Below, piece after piece: positions 39,151-46,088 of a DNA stretch of 64,000 bases. The notes beneath the pieces were generated by a model. It did not search any database. It saw only the letters and a list, made by a program, of their open reading frames with translations, and had not been told where the DNA came from. A program made the position numbers and the translations under genes. The stretch spans positions 530 through 64,529 of the forward strand of contig JAFDAS010000001.1 of NCBI GenBank assembly GCA_019313695.1, read 5' to 3'. The DNA is from Deltaproteobacteria bacterium (GTDB lineage Bacteria > Desulfobacterota > Syntrophia > Syntrophales > UBA2210). The stretch's first letter is position 1. Each line of letters starts with the position of its first letter.

Positions 39151-40218
39151 CTACAGTATCTTGAGATCCTTGGGCATCCTCGTCAGGATCTCGCATCCGT
39201 CCTTTTCGACCATGACAGTGTCTTCTATTCTTACTCCCCACAGGCCCGGTATATAGACGCCGGGTTCCACCGTAATGACCATTCCCTCCTCCAGAATGTC
39301 TTTTGCTCTTTCAAACACTCTGGGGGGTTCATGGACATCAAGCCCCACGCCATGTCCGGTGCCGTGCGAAAAATACCCGCCGTAACCCGCATCATCAATA
39401 ACTGTCCTGGCAATTTTGTCGATATCCCTGCAGGAAACCCCCGCCTTTACCGCGTCCACTGCTTTGTCATGCGCGTCCTTTACGATAGAGTACACGGCGG
39501 CCTGTTTCTCATCCGCGCCTCCAACGGCAAAGGTGCATGTCTCGTCGGAGTGGTATCCCCCGCACACGGTTCCATAATCTATTATTACAAAGTCACCATC
39601 TTTTATCTCGCGGGTACCGGGAATCGCGTGAGGGAGAGCTGAGTTGCCGCCCGAGGCCACGATAGTCTCAAAAGAAGGTTTTTCACTCCCGGCCTCCCTC
39701 ATCTTCATCTCCAGGATTGAGGCAATATCCCTTTCAGTAACACCGGGCCTGATGTGCTCCAGCGTTTTCTCAAGGGAGTGTGCCGCCATTATCGCGGCAT
39801 CCCTGAGGGAAGAAGCCTCTCCTGCATCTTTTATCATCCTTATGCGCTCTATCTCCCCCGACAGGGGTTTCAGGGAGACACTTTCCACCCGGTCCCGCAA
39901 TTTAAGATAGTTGTCAAGTGCGATGGCCGGAGACTCAATGCCTACTCTTTTCAGGCACAGATCGGCGATTATTCCGGCCATGCCTTCCGTTCGGTCTCTG
40001 AATTCAACGACATCACAGTCCGCCGCTTCGTCTTTTGCCTGCGTTATATACCTTCCATCCACCAGCAGGAAGACCCTTCCTCCACCCACAAAAAGGGCTC
40101 CGTCGCTCCCGGTAAAACCTGTCAGATAGCGGATATTTGCTTCTTCAAAAAAAAGTATGCCCTCCACATCAAACCCGGGCAGCATCGATCGTACGCGCTC
40201 AATCCTGTTTTTTAGCAT
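39151..40218 (-). CDS. Xaa-Pro aminopeptidase (M24B family)
   Basis: Creatinase-like N-domain plus the pita-bread domain ..HGTGHGVGLDVHE.., ..EPGVY.., ..IRIED... Confidence 0.85.
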   Translation of the reverse strand: MLKNRIERVRSMLPGFDVEGILFFEEANIRYLTGFTGSDGALFVGGGRVFLLVDGRYITQAKDEAADCDVVEFRDRTEGMAGIIADLCLKRVGIESPAIALDNYLKLRDRVESVSLKPLSGEIERIRMIKDAGEASSLRDAAIMAAHSLEKTLEHIRPGVTERDIASILEMKMREAGSEKPSFETIVASGGNSALPHAIPGTREIKDGDFVIIDYGTVCGGYHSDETCTFAVGGADEKQAAVYSIVKDAHDKAVDAVKAGVSCRDIDKIARTVIDDAGYGGYFSHGTGHGVGLDVHEPPRVFERAKDILEEGMVITVEPGVYIPGLWGVRIEDTVMVEKDGCEILTRMPKDLKIL

Positions 40219-40225
40219 GGAGAAC

Positions 40226-40891
40226 TCACCGATCGGTTTTCTTTTGCAGTTCATTCAGCCATCCGTCCAGTTCATCAATAACCGGCCCCCATCCCTCCTC
40301 CATCAGACGTTCCACGTGCCCCGCGTATTTCCCGGCCTCAATATTTTCCGGATCTCCTTCCAGTATCTTGCCAAGCACATCCCCTGCCATTTTGAAGTAG
40401 CCCTGTTTCACATACAGCCTGGCCAGGGTGATGGTGTGAAAATCAGGTGACATGTTAGCGGGTTCATCCGCGCCCCTCTCTTCGATAGAGATGTCTCGCA
40501 ATGAAGCGATCTTTTCAGAGACACGCCCGGATGCGGGGGTGTCAGGGTTCAGCATCACGAATCTCGTATAGGCCTCTATCGCCTCTTCTGCCATTCCATC
40601 CCGGTTGTACGCGTCCCCCAGCACCTCACAAACCCGCGACTGGTCCCGCACGATATCGCGCCACTGCTCAACAATCTCTCCGGCTTCTACCGGATTGCCC
40701 ATCCCGGCCCGGCACGAGGCTATGACAAGACAGGCGTCCATGTCCCCGGGAAAGCGATTCAGTCTTGCGTCCGCGAGGGCAATGGCGTCATCATACCGTT
40801 CTTCTTCCATGTTTCTCATGGCATCCGACAAAAATTTTTCTCTATCCTCAAGATATGTCCTGTCCATAATGTCTGCCTTTATCACCGGCAA
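40226..40891 (-). CDS. TPR-repeat protein
   Basis: Repeated 34-aa helical-pair pattern (..YDDAIALADARL.., ..GDAYNRDGMAEEAIEAY.., ..LARLYVKQGYFKMA..). Confidence 0.6.
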   Translation of the reverse strand: MPVIKADIMDRTYLEDREKFLSDAMRNMEEERYDDAIALADARLNRFPGDMDACLVIASCRAGMGNPVEAGEIVEQWRDIVRDQSRVCEVLGDAYNRDGMAEEAIEAYTRFVMLNPDTPASGRVSEKIASLRDISIEERGADEPANMSPDFHTITLARLYVKQGYFKMAGDVLGKILEGDPENIEAGKYAGHVERLMEEGWGPVIDELDGWLNELQKKTDR

Positions 40892-40907
40892 TTTTCTGAA
40901 AAATCAA

Positions 40908-40936
40908 TTGACATAATTCATACCGCAGTGATATTC
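40908..40936 (+). promoter_or_regulatory. Candidate sigma70 promoter for yhhQ-queF
   Basis: TTGACA, 17 nt, ATATTC, about 35 nt upstream of the start. Confidence 0.4.
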
Positions 40937-40970
40937 CTCTTACCCTTATTTGATTTGCAGATATCTTTCA

Positions 40971-41615
40971 ATGGAAATTTTGATGGCTCCACAAAATATT
41001 CAATTTATAAAATATCTTTTTGTATGTTCCCTGCTTCTGGCCAATATCATTGCGTCTAAGATCATCGTGGTGGGAGGGCTGGTGCTGCCCGCGGCGATCA
41101 TCCTCTATCCTCTTACCTTTCTCTTCACCGATGTGGTGGCGGAGGTTGAGGGTAAAAAGAGCGCCGGCAATCTTGTCATGACGGGTTTTTACATGTCGCT
41201 GTTCATGGTGCTTGTGATATTAGCGGGCAAGCTGCTCCCGCCGGCCGGGTTCTGGAAGCACCAGGAGGCGTACAACATTATCCTCGGATCAACGCCGAGG
41301 ATAGTGGCGGCATCCATGATAGCATATATAATATCCCAGAAGCACGATGTGTGGGCGTTTCACTGGTGGAGAAAGAAAACCGCGGGAAGGCACCTGTGGC
41401 TGAGGAATAATCTTTCGACGATTGTTTCCCAGTTGATCGATTCCGTCCTGTTCATAACCATAGCCTTCTGGGGCACATTCCCTCCGGCGGCAATAGGCAT
41501 GATGATCCTCAGTCAGTATCTTGTCAAGATAGGAATAGCCATTCTTGACACACCGATTTGTTACATCTTAGTGAGGTTTTATGGAGGCAATAGAGAACAG
41601 GTACAGAGAGCGTGA
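40971..41615 (+). CDS. yhhQ: Queuosine-precursor transporter (YhhQ/DUF165)
   Basis: Six-TM protein. ..LLLANIIASKI.., ..YPLTFLFTDVV.. and ..SQLIDSVLF.. match the YhhQ family. Overlaps queF. Confidence 0.8.
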   Translation: MEILMAPQNIQFIKYLFVCSLLLANIIASKIIVVGGLVLPAAIILYPLTFLFTDVVAEVEGKKSAGNLVMTGFYMSLFMVLVILAGKLLPPAGFWKHQEAYNIILGSTPRIVAASMIAYIISQKHDVWAFHWWRKKTAGRHLWLRNNLSTIVSQLIDSVLFITIAFWGTFPPAAIGMMILSQYLVKIGIAILDTPICYILVRFYGGNREQVQRA

Positions 41616-41946
41616 TTACGAGATAGATATACGATTCCCCGAATTTACATGTCTCTGCCCGATGACCGCGCAGCCCGACTTCGCGGAGATAATCATCACC
41701 TATGTGCCGGGTGAATTTCTGGTTGAGCTGAAGTCTCTGAAGGTCTACCTGAATTCCTACCGTGACAAGGGGATCTTTCACGAAGAGGCGGTAAATGAAA
41801 TCCTGAAAGACTTTGTGGAAAAGATACGCCCGAAGAGGGTTGAAGTCGTCGGCAACTTCAACGTGCGCGGCGGAATACACACGACGGTAAGGGCATCATA
41901 TCCTGCATTGAAAACTGTTTTGGATTCAAAAACAGTACAAAAATGA
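41581..41946 (+). CDS. queF: NADPH-dependent 7-cyano-7-deazaguanine reductase QueF (unimodular type)
   Basis: ..FPEFTCLCPMTAQPDFA.. (catalytic Cys) and ..ELKSLKVYLNSYR..IFHE... Confidence 0.9.
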   Translation: MEAIENRYRERDYEIDIRFPEFTCLCPMTAQPDFAEIIITYVPGEFLVELKSLKVYLNSYRDKGIFHEEAVNEILKDFVEKIRPKRVEVVGNFNVRGGIHTTVRASYPALKTVLDSKTVQK

Positions 41947-41983
41947 CCGTCGGCTGAATTAGCCTTGATACTCATTGTTAGCC
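41947..41983 (-). repeat. attC-like site A (left half only) of the hicAB cassette
   Basis: Minus strand: GGCTAAC (41983-41977, inside the hicB 3' end)...GCTAATTCAGCCGACG. This shares 16 nt with site G, and the second arm is missing. It ends at the queF stop codon. Confidence 0.6.
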
Positions 41984-42333
41984 CGTGATACATCAGCATG
42001 TAGAATTGTTTTTTTTAATACTTTCACACAAAAATTGTTTAAACTTTCATCGGCTTGCATTGCCTTAATAGCAAGGGCTTTATGCAAATCACTGTCAATT
42101 CGTAACTGAAACTTACCAGAATATTTTTTTGCCGTAATACTTGAAGGTAAAGGAATTTTATCTTCTTCATAAATTTCGATCCATTCTTCGAGTATCTGAC
42201 CCAGTTGATGATAAACTTCTACCTCATTGTCACCATGGCAACATTGCCCGATCCAACCAGGAATTGAACCAATATAACATTGATCTTCATCCGACCATTC
42301 AACAATTTTTAAGTAGCGATCTCTCTTTTTCAT
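41959..42333 (-). CDS. hicB: HicB-family antitoxin
   Basis: HicB fold N-terminus (..YLKIVEWSDEDQCYIGSIPGW..) plus a C-terminal RHH-like ..HKALAIKAMQADESLNNF... Confidence 0.85.
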   Translation of the reverse strand: MKKRDRYLKIVEWSDEDQCYIGSIPGWIGQCCHGDNEVEVYHQLGQILEEWIEIYEEDKIPLPSSITAKKYSGKFQLRIDSDLHKALAIKAMQADESLNNFCVKVLKKTILHADVSRANNEYQG

Positions 42334-42524
42334 TTTTCAGACCTCTTAATTTTACTCTCGACCTCTTTTTCTTGATAATGCTTTGCGTCATCCCCAAGTT
42401 TACCGGAAACCGTAATAGCAATTCCTTTGGGATGAATAAAATTACGATGGCTTCCCTTACCACCTCTATTAATAAAACCTGCTTTTTCAAGGTCCTTAAT
42501 AAGTTGTTTGATTTTTCGGGCCAT
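42330..42524 (-). CDS. hicA: HicA-family mRNA-interferase toxin
   Basis: MARKIKQLIKDLEKAGF..GKGSHRNFIHP.., 64 aa. ATGA overlap with hicB. Confidence 0.85.
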   Translation of the reverse strand: MARKIKQLIKDLEKAGFINRGGKGSHRNFIHPKGIAITVSGKLGDDAKHYQEKEVESKIKRSEK

Positions 42525-42530
42525 GAAATT

Positions 42531-42559
42531 ATAGTATCAATGTGATATCAAAAAGTCAA
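42531..42559 (-). promoter_or_regulatory. Cassette-internal promoter for hicAB, probably giving a leaderless mRNA
   Basis: Minus strand: TTGACT, 17 nt, TACTAT, then aatttc, then ATG. No SD is present. Confidence 0.45.
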
Positions 42560-42581
42560 TATAAACTCTTTGAAAAGGATG

Positions 42582-42640
42582 GGCTAACGCTAAAGTTCAC
42601 CGGCGCCGCTTGCCGGCGTCCGGTGCAGCGCCTTGTCCCC
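42582..42640 (-). repeat. attC-like site B (GNAT cassette), R'' degenerate
   Basis: Minus strand: GGGGACAAGGC-gctg-caccgg(a)cgcc-ggcaagc-ggcgccggtg-aactttagc-GTTAGCC. The stem has one extra base on the 5' arm. Confidence 0.6.
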
Positions 42641-42645
42641 TGTAA

Positions 42646-43182
42646 TTACCAATAGGCCGGATCATTGAATTCCTTAACGCATATAGGACGTTCATTGATA
42701 GTTGGAATTGGCTCTCCCGTTAAAGACTGGCCCAGCCAACCTTCAGGCATTGAAAGCTTAATCGGAGCCTGAATGACATTTTCTGACAGAGCTTGAAAGC
42801 CCACTTTGGAGTAAAAAGACGGATCACCATATGTGATAGCGACAGCCACAGATCGATTCTTCAGTTCATTAAGGCCATGATTGATAAGAGCCTGTCCAAC
42901 TCCCTTTCCTTGATGCTCTGTGTTAATAGCAACAGGCGCAAGCATGTAAACCTGGATAGCCTCTTTGAATTGAAGCCGACTAAAGAAAATCGATCCAATG
43001 ATTGATTTTTCTACGTATGTGCCAAAACAGATAATGTTCTGATTGTCGATTCCTGAAGATAGCTCCGAGACAAGATTGCCAATCAGCTTTCCTTCTTTCT
43101 CTCCCTCTGATGATGTGAAAACCGACGTAAAAAGATTTGTTACTTCGTCTTGACTGTTTTTATCGAGAGTTTTGCAATTCAT
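42646..43182 (-). CDS. GNAT-family N-acetyltransferase
   Basis: Acetyl-CoA motif A ..APVAINTEHQGKGVGQALINHGL.., 178 aa. Confidence 0.85.
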   Translation of the reverse strand: MNCKTLDKNSQDEVTNLFTSVFTSSEGEKEGKLIGNLVSELSSGIDNQNIICFGTYVEKSIIGSIFFSRLQFKEAIQVYMLAPVAINTEHQGKGVGQALINHGLNELKNRSVAVAITYGDPSFYSKVGFQALSENVIQAPIKLSMPEGWLGQSLTGEPIPTINERPICVKEFNDPAYW

Positions 43183-43220
43183 GCTTTTCCTTCAAATTAG
43201 TTTCGTGCAATTGCTCGGGG

Positions 43221-43351
43221 ACATAACGGTGAAGCTGAGGGGGCGGGCAACGATAACCAAAAACCATGATAAAGGTAAAAACTATCGCTTAAATACTACC
43301 TTTCAAAAGCGGCACAGCTTTGCCCCGTCCATCTCAAGCGCTTGGTTCGCT
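43221..43351 (-). repeat. attC-like site C (phd-vapC cassette), long variant
   Basis: Minus strand: AGCGAAC-c-aagc(gct)tgag ... ctcagctt-cacc-GTTATGT. The 3' half resembles the 3' half of site D. Confidence 0.6.
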
Positions 43352-43375
43352 GTTTTGTTATATTATTACAAGATG

Positions 43376-43753
43376 TTATGGCCTGAACCTTTTTATTTTC
43401 AGGTCTTTCAAAATTTTGTAATGTTTATCGTTCCCTGTAAGAACAGGATTACCATAAGTGATTGCCGTGGCTCCGATGAGCGCATCTGCCAGTTGCATTG
43501 AATGACTTAGAAAATGTTGCTCAACGTAAAACATTGCTTTGGCAGATATCTCTTCGGAAATATAGAGAATTTTAGCATTCCAAATATGCAGAGCTTTGCG
43601 GAGATTGTTTAATTCTTTTTTGTTTCTCATTCCTTGGACAAGTTCCATATAGGTCACAACAGAAATAAAGAAATTGCTTGAATTCTCAATAACTTGATAT
43701 GCATTCTCATTTCCTTTTAAATACCAAATGAGGACATCAGTATCGACTATCAT
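43376..43753 (-). CDS. vapC: PIN-domain toxin VapC
   Basis: MIVDTDVLI.., ..YMEL.., ..ADALIGATA.. are the acidic PIN residues. Abuts the antitoxin stop. Confidence 0.85.
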   Translation of the reverse strand: MIVDTDVLIWYLKGNENAYQVIENSSNFFISVVTYMELVQGMRNKKELNNLRKALHIWNAKILYISEEISAKAMFYVEQHFLSHSMQLADALIGATAITYGNPVLTGNDKHYKILKDLKIKRFRP

Positions 43754-43987
43754 TTAGAATCTTCCTTTTCTTAAATTTCTAACGTACTCATTAACATTAT
43801 CGACAATATCATTATCATTCCACATTCCAAACACTTCATTTTCTTCTGTTTTATTCTTAAGTTTCTGGTAGGGAACAAGCTTGGCGCAGGGCTTTCCACG
43901 GAAAGTGATAACGACCTCCTCACCTCTTCTGACAGAATCAATGAGTTCTTTTGAATGAAACCTCAGATCTTTTGCTGTGGCTTTCAT
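43754..43987 (-). CDS. Phd/YefM-family antitoxin
   Basis: ..DLRFHSKELIDSVRRGEEVVITFRGKPCAKLVP... An AGGAGG RBS is present. Confidence 0.8.
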   Translation of the reverse strand: MKATAKDLRFHSKELIDSVRRGEEVVITFRGKPCAKLVPYQKLKNKTEENEVFGMWNDNDIVDNVNEYVRNLRKGRF

Positions 43988-44019
43988 GATACCTCCTACA
44001 AATTAAGTTTACATTTAAA

Positions 44020-44048
44020 AGTATAAACTCCCCGCCAATCTGAGTCAA
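44020..44048 (-). promoter_or_regulatory. Cassette-internal promoter for phd-vapC
   Basis: Minus strand: TTGACT, 17 nt, TATACT. Confidence 0.5.
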
Positions 44049-44092
44049 TCATTTTTTTTGAGACGATGTTACTTGCGTTGGATGATTTTTAC

Positions 44093-44157
44093 AGCGAACG
44101 AAAAGCTCAGCCGGAGCGGCCCAGCGGGCCGCGATCGGCTGGAGCGACGGGTTAGCG
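44093..44157 (-). repeat. attC-like site E (4-TM protein cassette)
   Basis: Minus strand: CGCTAAC...GTTCGCT. The 65-nt site differs from site F at two internal positions plus the boundary 7-mers. Confidence 0.75.
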
Positions 44158-44175
44158 TCCTTTTTGGTATATATT

Positions 44176-44607
44176 TTATGCCAGAAAGAACCACGCGACT
44201 GCCAGGATGAGTCCACATACATCACCAACCACTACGCCCCAAAAGTTCCCGACTTGATTCGATAGCCACCCTTTTTCGGAAGTTTGGAACTCTGCTCGTG
44301 TTTGCGCCTGCTTCCGCGCAAGCTGAACGTCCTTCTGGATTGAAATGGTCAATATCAACACGGATGCGAAAAACGGAAATAGTGTAAATGTCCCAGGACC
44401 CACTCCCCAATTAAAGACACACCACCCAAATGCCACTGCAGAAACGACACCTCCTATACCTGCAACAATGCCAGCGATTGCAGAACGCACATAGACGGAT
44501 GCTTTGATTAGTGCGAAAGCTATGGGCACGGTAGCCACAAATGTGCCCAACCTGAATGCTAAGTAGGATAGAGGCAATACCAATACATATGCGAATATCG
44601 TTTTCAT
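44176..44607 (-). CDS. Hypothetical small membrane protein (about 4 TM)
   Basis: 143 aa with four hydrophobic segments. No recognisable family. Confidence 0.55.
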   Translation of the reverse strand: MKTIFAYVLVLPLSYLAFRLGTFVATVPIAFALIKASVYVRSAIAGIVAGIGGVVSAVAFGWCVFNWGVGPGTFTLFPFFASVLILTISIQKDVQLARKQAQTRAEFQTSEKGWLSNQVGNFWGVVVGDVCGLILAVAWFFLA

Positions 44608-44615
44608 TTATACCC

Positions 44616-44677
44616 CGCTAACGTTACCGGTGAGGGGCGCGGATTTTTTCGCGTCCCCTCAACCGGGGGGTTATAAC
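44616..44677 (-). repeat. attC-like site D (zinc-ribbon cassette)
   Basis: Minus strand: (G)TTATAAC-ccc-ccgg(t)tgagggg(a)cgcg-aaaaaatc-cgcgcccctcaccgg-taac-GTTAGCG. Two extra bases on the 5' arm. Confidence 0.75.
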
Positions 44678-44685
44678 TGATTTTA

Positions 44686-45060
44686 TCACGAAACAGGGTA
44701 ACGGTCTGGTGGAAATTCATAGCCACAAAAAGAGCAAAAATTACTGTCGTCTCGGATTATTTTCTTGTTACAGTTTGGGCATTTTTCAAAATATTTGGTT
44801 CCACATTGGCAATATATTCCAGGGCTTTTTGCATCAATCCCGATTTCGCAATCTGGGCAATACTTATAGTATTTTGGTTTGGGGGTAAGTATAGATGAAC
44901 GAGATTTGGATATTCTTAGGTAAATATATACACCCGATAGAAACACCAGAGCAATGGTTGCCCATAGTGGCGTTGGTGATTGGATGGTATCTTGCAACCA
45001 GGTCCACGTATTTTTTGCAAAAAGATAAATACCTCCAAGACTCAGCACTGCCGCAGACAA
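44686..45060 (-). CDS. Membrane-anchored double zinc-ribbon protein
   Basis: Two N-terminal hydrophobic helices. C-terminus CPDC..CQCG..CPNC..CSFCG. The only available start is TTG/GTG and is uncertain. Confidence 0.5.
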   Translation of the reverse strand: MSAAVLSLGGIYLFAKNTWTWLQDTIQSPTPLWATIALVFLSGVYIYLRISKSRSSILTPKPKYYKYCPDCEIGIDAKSPGIYCQCGTKYFEKCPNCNKKIIRDDSNFCSFCGYEFPPDRYPVS

Positions 45061-45162
45061 TATTATTCCAACGGTTGCTTGGCGCAGTCAGAAAATATTG
45101 TTTTTGTCATTTTTAATAATAATTGTTTCATGGTCATTGATTTATCATATCGCACATTAGAG

Positions 45163-45227
45163 TTATAACGAAAAGCTCGGCCGGAGCGGCCCCGCGGGCC
45201 GCGATCGGCTGGAGCGACGGGTTAGCC
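45163..45227 (-). repeat. attC-like site F (259-aa orphan cassette)
   Basis: Minus strand: GGCTAAC...GTTATAA. Same family as site E. Confidence 0.75.
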
Positions 45228-45235
45228 GTCGTTAT

Positions 45236-46015
45236 TCAATCATTGCCATCCACCGCTGGTATTTCAAAAGGATGTTTTTCGGTATAGCTTTTAAGATTTT
45301 TCTGAAATTCGACAATTCTATTCTCAATCTCACTGAGCTTATTATCTGCTATATGAATAAACACTTCTCTCCAATAGAGTAACCAAATGTTGAAATAAGT
45401 CACTAGAACACACGCCAGCCATTTATGAAAATCATCATGTTTTTCCTCATAATCGAAATACTTTGCCAGAAGCATACTACTTCCCTTGTCTTCTTGGTAT
45501 CTGTGTAATATGCCTAATGCGTCCGAATGCGAGTAAATACTACAAAACTCATGGATTTCCGGGAGGCCTTTCGCAAGAGGAAATTCTTCTATATTGTCAT
45601 TTATCGTCCGCTTGATATTCCTGAAGGTCTTATTCCATTTTTTTAACATTTCTTTATTTTTATCATCACCCAATTTACTTAAATATACATCTAATTTCTC
45701 AGGATATTTAAGTAGATAATAAGACGTAAAAGCACTATCTAGTGCTGATCTCATGCATTTGAAGGAAATAGCTTTGTGCAACCTCAAATATGAAGATATT
45801 GAATTGTAAAATTCTGCATTTACTATCAGATAAAGAAATATAGGCATTTTCAGTGATCGATCATCTATTGGCCGCAATTCGGTACAACTTCTATACAAGA
45901 CATCTAAGTTATGGATCAAAAAAAAATCATTTCCTAGATTTGCAATGTTTCCAAACATATGGCTTTCTTCAATACCAAAATATTGAATGATATCTTTTAT
46001 GGTATCTGTACTCAT
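45236..46015 (-). CDS. Hypothetical protein, 259 aa, predicted all-alpha, no family recognised
   Basis: Clean ORF. RBS aggtga lies 6 nt upstream of the ATG, and the start is only 10 nt after the attC core. AT-rich codon usage. Confidence 0.6.
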   Translation of the reverse strand: MSTDTIKDIIQYFGIEESHMFGNIANLGNDFFLIHNLDVLYRSCTELRPIDDRSLKMPIFLYLIVNAEFYNSISSYLRLHKAISFKCMRSALDSAFTSYYLLKYPEKLDVYLSKLGDDKNKEMLKKWNKTFRNIKRTINDNIEEFPLAKGLPEIHEFCSIYSHSDALGILHRYQEDKGSSMLLAKYFDYEEKHDDFHKWLACVLVTYFNIWLLYWREVFIHIADNKLSEIENRIVEFQKNLKSYTEKHPFEIPAVDGND

Positions 46016-46025
46016 ACTTTCACCT

Positions 46026-46085
46026 GGCTAACGCTGCTAATCAGCCGCGCGGTTTTTTGCGTCGGCTGAATTAGCAGCGTTCTGC
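46026..46085 (-). repeat. attC-like site G (DUF4268 cassette)
   Basis: Minus strand: GCAGAAC-gctgctaat(t)cagccg-acgcaaaaaaccgcg-cggctgattagcagc-GTTAGCC. One extra T on the 5' arm. Confidence 0.8.
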
Positions 46086-46088
46086 GAT

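Noticed and set aside
40892-40970. preQ1 riboswitch upstream of yhhQ-queF
   Set aside because: There is no small hairpin followed by the A-rich ...AAAAAACUA tail characteristic of preQ1-I/II. Only a promoter-like TTGACA/-10 was seen.
43251-43282. Alternative R' cores for site C (GTTATCG at 43257-43251; GTTTTTA at 43282-43276), implying an extra ORF-less cassette
   Set aside because: Neither has a complementary R'' downstream. Only GTTATGT (43227-43221) is preceded by a stretch (ctcagctt) that pairs with the L''-like aagc..tgag next to AGCGAAC.
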